This document shows, in pieces, positions 60,295-64,000 of a stretch of 64,000 bases of DNA (position 1 is its first letter; each line of letters begins with the position of its first letter). This DNA comes from Mustelus asterias (Eukaryota): positions 806,001-870,000 of the forward strand of contig NW_027590144.1 of NCBI RefSeq assembly GCF_964213995.1, in the 5' to 3' direction. The notes under the pieces were generated by a model. It saw only the letters and a program-made list of their open reading frames with translations. It had not been told where the DNA came from and made no database searches. Made by a program: the position numbers and the translations under genes.

Positions 60295-61180
60295 CATTAA
60301 AAGGTTCGTCATTGCAAGAATCAATTCCGGCCTCCCAGATTGCCTGGATCCACGACAGTTCGCCGACCGCCGCAACAGGTCCATAGCAGATGCCATCTCC
60401 CTGGCCCTGAACCCAACCCTGGAAGTGATAGATAACAACGACACCTATATCAGGCTCCAATTTATCGAAGACATCTCAGCCTTCAATAACAATATTCCTA
60501 TGGAAACTCTTCTCCAAACTCCGTGGCCTGGGGATCGGCTTTTCGGTCTGTGACTGAATCCTGAACTTCCTCACCCACAGACCGCAATCAGTAAGGATTG
60601 GCAACAACACCACCACAACGATCATCCTCAACAGCAGTGTCCCACGAGGTTGCTTCCTCAGCTCCTTGCTGTATACTGCTTATACGCTTCTGACTGTGTG
60701 GCCGAATTCTCCTCCATCTCGATTTTCAAATTTGCTGATGACACCACTGAAATGGGCTCGATCTCAACCAATGTCGAGACAGAGTACAGGGATGAGATAG
60801 CGAATCTGATGAAGTGGTGCGACGATACTAATCTCCCCCTCAATGTCAACAAAACGAAGGAGATAGTCATCGGCTTCAGGAAGTATAGTGGAGGACATGC
60901 CCCTGCTTATATCAAAGGGGACGAAACAGAAATTGTCGAAAGCTTCATGTTTTCAGGTGTCCAGATCACCAGCAACCTGTCCCACTCCTTCCACGCCTAC
61001 GCTGTATTTAAGAAAGCACCAACGCCTCAACTTTCGTAAAAGACTACGGATATTTGGCATGTCCGCTACGACTTTCACCAACTTTTACAGATGCACTGTA
61101 GAAAGCATTCTTCCTAGTTGTATCACAGATTTGTATGGCCTGCGCTCTGTCCAAGACCTCAAAAAACTACAAAGCCCAGT
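60295..61180 (+). mobile_element. Rex1/Babar-like LINE RT fragment
   Basis: LDPRQFA..NRS..DAISLAL..; KFADDT; LNVNKTKEIV. Confidence 0.75.
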
Positions 61181-61354
61181 TCATTGGAAGTAAGTGTGCA
61201 TTTAGAAGACGGAGTAAAGAAGGCAAGTTGTATGTTGCGTTCAAGGTAAAGAGGATTTGCGTATATTTTTCACAATCAACCACACTTTCTACAACAGAAT
61301 AGGTAGAATTGCTAGTTGTCACTTGTCAGCCGAAGCCTGGCCTTGCTTCATTTG

Positions 61355-63725
61355 TGATGTGGAGATTCCGGCTTTGGACTTGGGTAAACACAGTGAGAAG
61401 TCTCACAACACCAGGTTAAAGTCGAACAGGTTTATTTGGTAGCAAACGCCATTAGCTTTCGGAGCGCTGCTCCGGAATCTGGTGTCATCCTTCATCATTC
61501 CCCACACCCCCACTTCTTGCCTTCAAACAACCGCAGAACCTCAAACAGACCATTGTCCGCAGCAAACTACCCAGCCTTCAGGAGAACAGTGACTACGACA
61601 CCACACAACCCTGCCACAGCAAATTCTGCAAGACGTGCCGGACCAACGATACGGATGCCATCATCTCATGTGAGAACACCATCCACCAGGTATACGGTAC
61701 ATAGACTTGCAACTCCGCCAACGTTGGCTACATGATACGCTGCAGCAAAGGATGTCCCAAGGCATGGTACATTGGGGAGACCATGCAGACGCTACTACAA
61801 TGGATGAATGAACACCGGTCGACAATCACCAGGCAAGAGTGTTCTCTTCCTGTTGGGGAACACTTCAGCAGTCACGGGCATTCGGCCTCTGATCTTCGGT
61901 AAGTGTTCTCCAAGGTGGCCTTCACGACACACGACAATGCAGAGTTGCTGAGCAGAGACTGATAGCCAAGTTCCGCACACATGAGGACGGCCTTAACCGG
62001 GATATTGAGTTTATGTCACACTATCTGTAACCCCCACGACTTGTCTGGGTTTGCAAAATCTCACTAACTGTCCTGGCTGGAGACAATACACATCTCTTTA
62101 ACATGAGAACATAAGAACATAAGAAATAGGAGCAGGAGTAGGCCATCTAGCCCCTCGAGCCTGCCCCGCCATTCAATAAGATCATGGCTGATCTGAAGCG
62201 GATCAGTTCCACTTACCCGCCTGATCCCTATAACCCCTAATTCCTTTACCGATCAGGAGTCCATCTATCCGTGATTCAAACGTATTCAACGAGGTAGCCT
62301 CCACCACTTCACCATTCCAGAGATTCACCACCCTCTGAGAGAAGAAGTTCCTCCTCAACTCTGTCCTAAACTGACCCCCCTTTATTTTGAGGCTGTGCCC
62401 TCTAGTTCCAGTTTCCTTTCTACGTGGAAAGAATCTCTCCATCTCTACCCTATCCAGCCCCTTCATTATCTTATAGGTCTCTATAAGATGCCCCCTCAGC
62501 CTTCTAAATTCCAACGAATACAAACCCAATCTGGTCAGTCTCTCCTCATAATCAAAACCCCTCATCTCTGGTATCAACCTGGTGAACCTTCTCTGCACTC
62601 CCTCCAAGGCCAATATATCCTTCCGCAAATAAAGGGACCAATACTACACACAGTATTCCAGCTGCGACCTCACCAATGCCCTGTACAGATGCAGCAAGTA
62701 TCTCTGCTTTTATATTCTATCCCCCTTGCGATATAGGCCAACATCCCATTTGCCTTCTTGATCACCTGTTGCACCTGCAGACTGGGTTTTTGCGTCTCAT
62801 GCACAAGGACCCCCAGGTCCCTCTGCACAGCAGCATGTTGTAATTTCTTTCCATTTAGATAATAATCCAATTTGCTGTTATTTCTTCCAAAATGAATAAC
62901 CTCACATTTGTTAACGTTATACTCCATCTGCCAGATCCTCGCCCCCTCTCTCAGCCTGTCCTAATCTCTCTGCGGACCTTCTACGCCCTCCAGACGATTC
63001 ACTTTTGCACTTATCTTTGTGTCGTCTGCAAACTTTGTTACCCGACACTCAGTCCCCTCCTCCAGATCGTCTATATAAATGATAAATAGTTGAGGCTCCA
63101 GTACCGATCCCTGCGGCACGCCACTAGTTACCATCTGCCAAGCAGAAAAGCACCCATTTATTCCGACTCTCTGCTTCCTGTCGGATAGCCAATCCCCAAT
63201 CCACGCTAACACCCTACCCCCAACTCTGTGTGACCCAATCTTCTTCAGCAACCTTTTGTGAGGCACCTTATCAAATGCCTTTTGGAAATCCAAAAACACC
63301 GCATCCACTGGGCCCCCTCCATCAACCGCAATAGTCACATCTTCATAAACATTCAACAAGTTCGTCAAGCACGACTTTCCCCTCATGAATCCATGTTGCG
63401 TCTGCTTAATCGAACCATTCTTATCCAGATGGCCTGCTATTTCTTCTTTAATGATGGATTCCAGCATTTTCCCAACTACAGACGTTAAGCTAACTTTTCC
63501 TGTGCTTAACCCTCTCTCCACTCACATAGTCCGTACCTTTAAGATTTGATTATCTGCAAAGACTCGCATTCCAACCATTATTTTGTAAATTGAGTTTGTC
63601 TTTATATGCCCTGTTTGTGAACTGAAATCCCACTCACCTGATGAAGGTGCAGCGCTCCGAACGCTGGTGGCTTTTGCTACCAAATAAACCTGTTGGACTT
63701 TAACCTGGTGTTGTGATACTTCTTA
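61355..63725 (+). mobile_element. Penelope-like element (GIY-YIG endonuclease remnant, inverted pLTR ends), interrupted by CR1
   Basis: AFKQPQNLKQ..CKTC..CNSANV.Y.IRC..CP.AWYIGET..HF (~61520-62030); 61395-61473 is the inverted copy of ~63645-63722. Confidence 0.8.
62105..63500 (-). mobile_element. 5'-truncated CR1 closely related to 33456-36243
   Basis: Near-identical 3' UTR and tail (agaacataagaacataagaaataggagcagg) and RT segments. Confidence 0.88.
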
Positions 63726-64000
63726 CCTTGCTTCATTTAGCCATAGACTGCTTCAAGTGTCTCTGCATTTGCAAATGATGCTGAACATTGCACAATCATT
63801 GGAGAACATCCCTCCTACTGACCCTATGATGGACGGAAGGTCCCGAGGAACTCCTGTAGTGATGTCCTGGAACCTGAGTTGATTGACATCAAGCAACTGA
63901 AACTATATTTTTTTGCTCGGTCTGCCTCCATCCTGAGACGTATATTCCCCTGATTTCCACTGACTGCAGTTTTGCTCGGGTTCCTTGACGCCGCACTCCT

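Overview
Eukaryotic genomic DNA from a cartilaginous fish (shark). Evidence: HE1/V-SINEs, shark-type CR1 LINEs, and shark-type IgM and TCR V sequences. The window is a repeat-rich mosaic with five components. (1) Four T-cell receptor alpha/delta-type V pseudogenes with RSS remnants: two on + at 16-18.6 kb and two on - at 40.8-45.1 kb, the latter split by CR1 insertions. (2) Two open IgM heavy-chain constant exons (Cmu3, and Cmu4 with secretory tail) on - at 58.2-59.4 kb, with no D/J, Cmu1/2 or TM exons recognised. (3) An intact GPR139-like GPCR main exon at 53.0-53.9 kb. (4) About 25 tRNA genes and pseudogenes, including a near-perfect tRNA-Pro(AGG) with an 18-nt intron at the canonical 37/38 position, an intron-containing Ile(TAT) pseudogene, and a ~1.2-kb tandem array of tRNA-Val pseudogenes. 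(5) Many retroelements: nested CR1s with target-site duplications (one with an uninterrupted 892-aa ORF2), Rex1/Babar-like and L2-like LINE fragments, and Penelope elements carrying minimal hammerhead-ribozyme motifs. All calls are by eye, without database searches; repeat boundaries are approximate.
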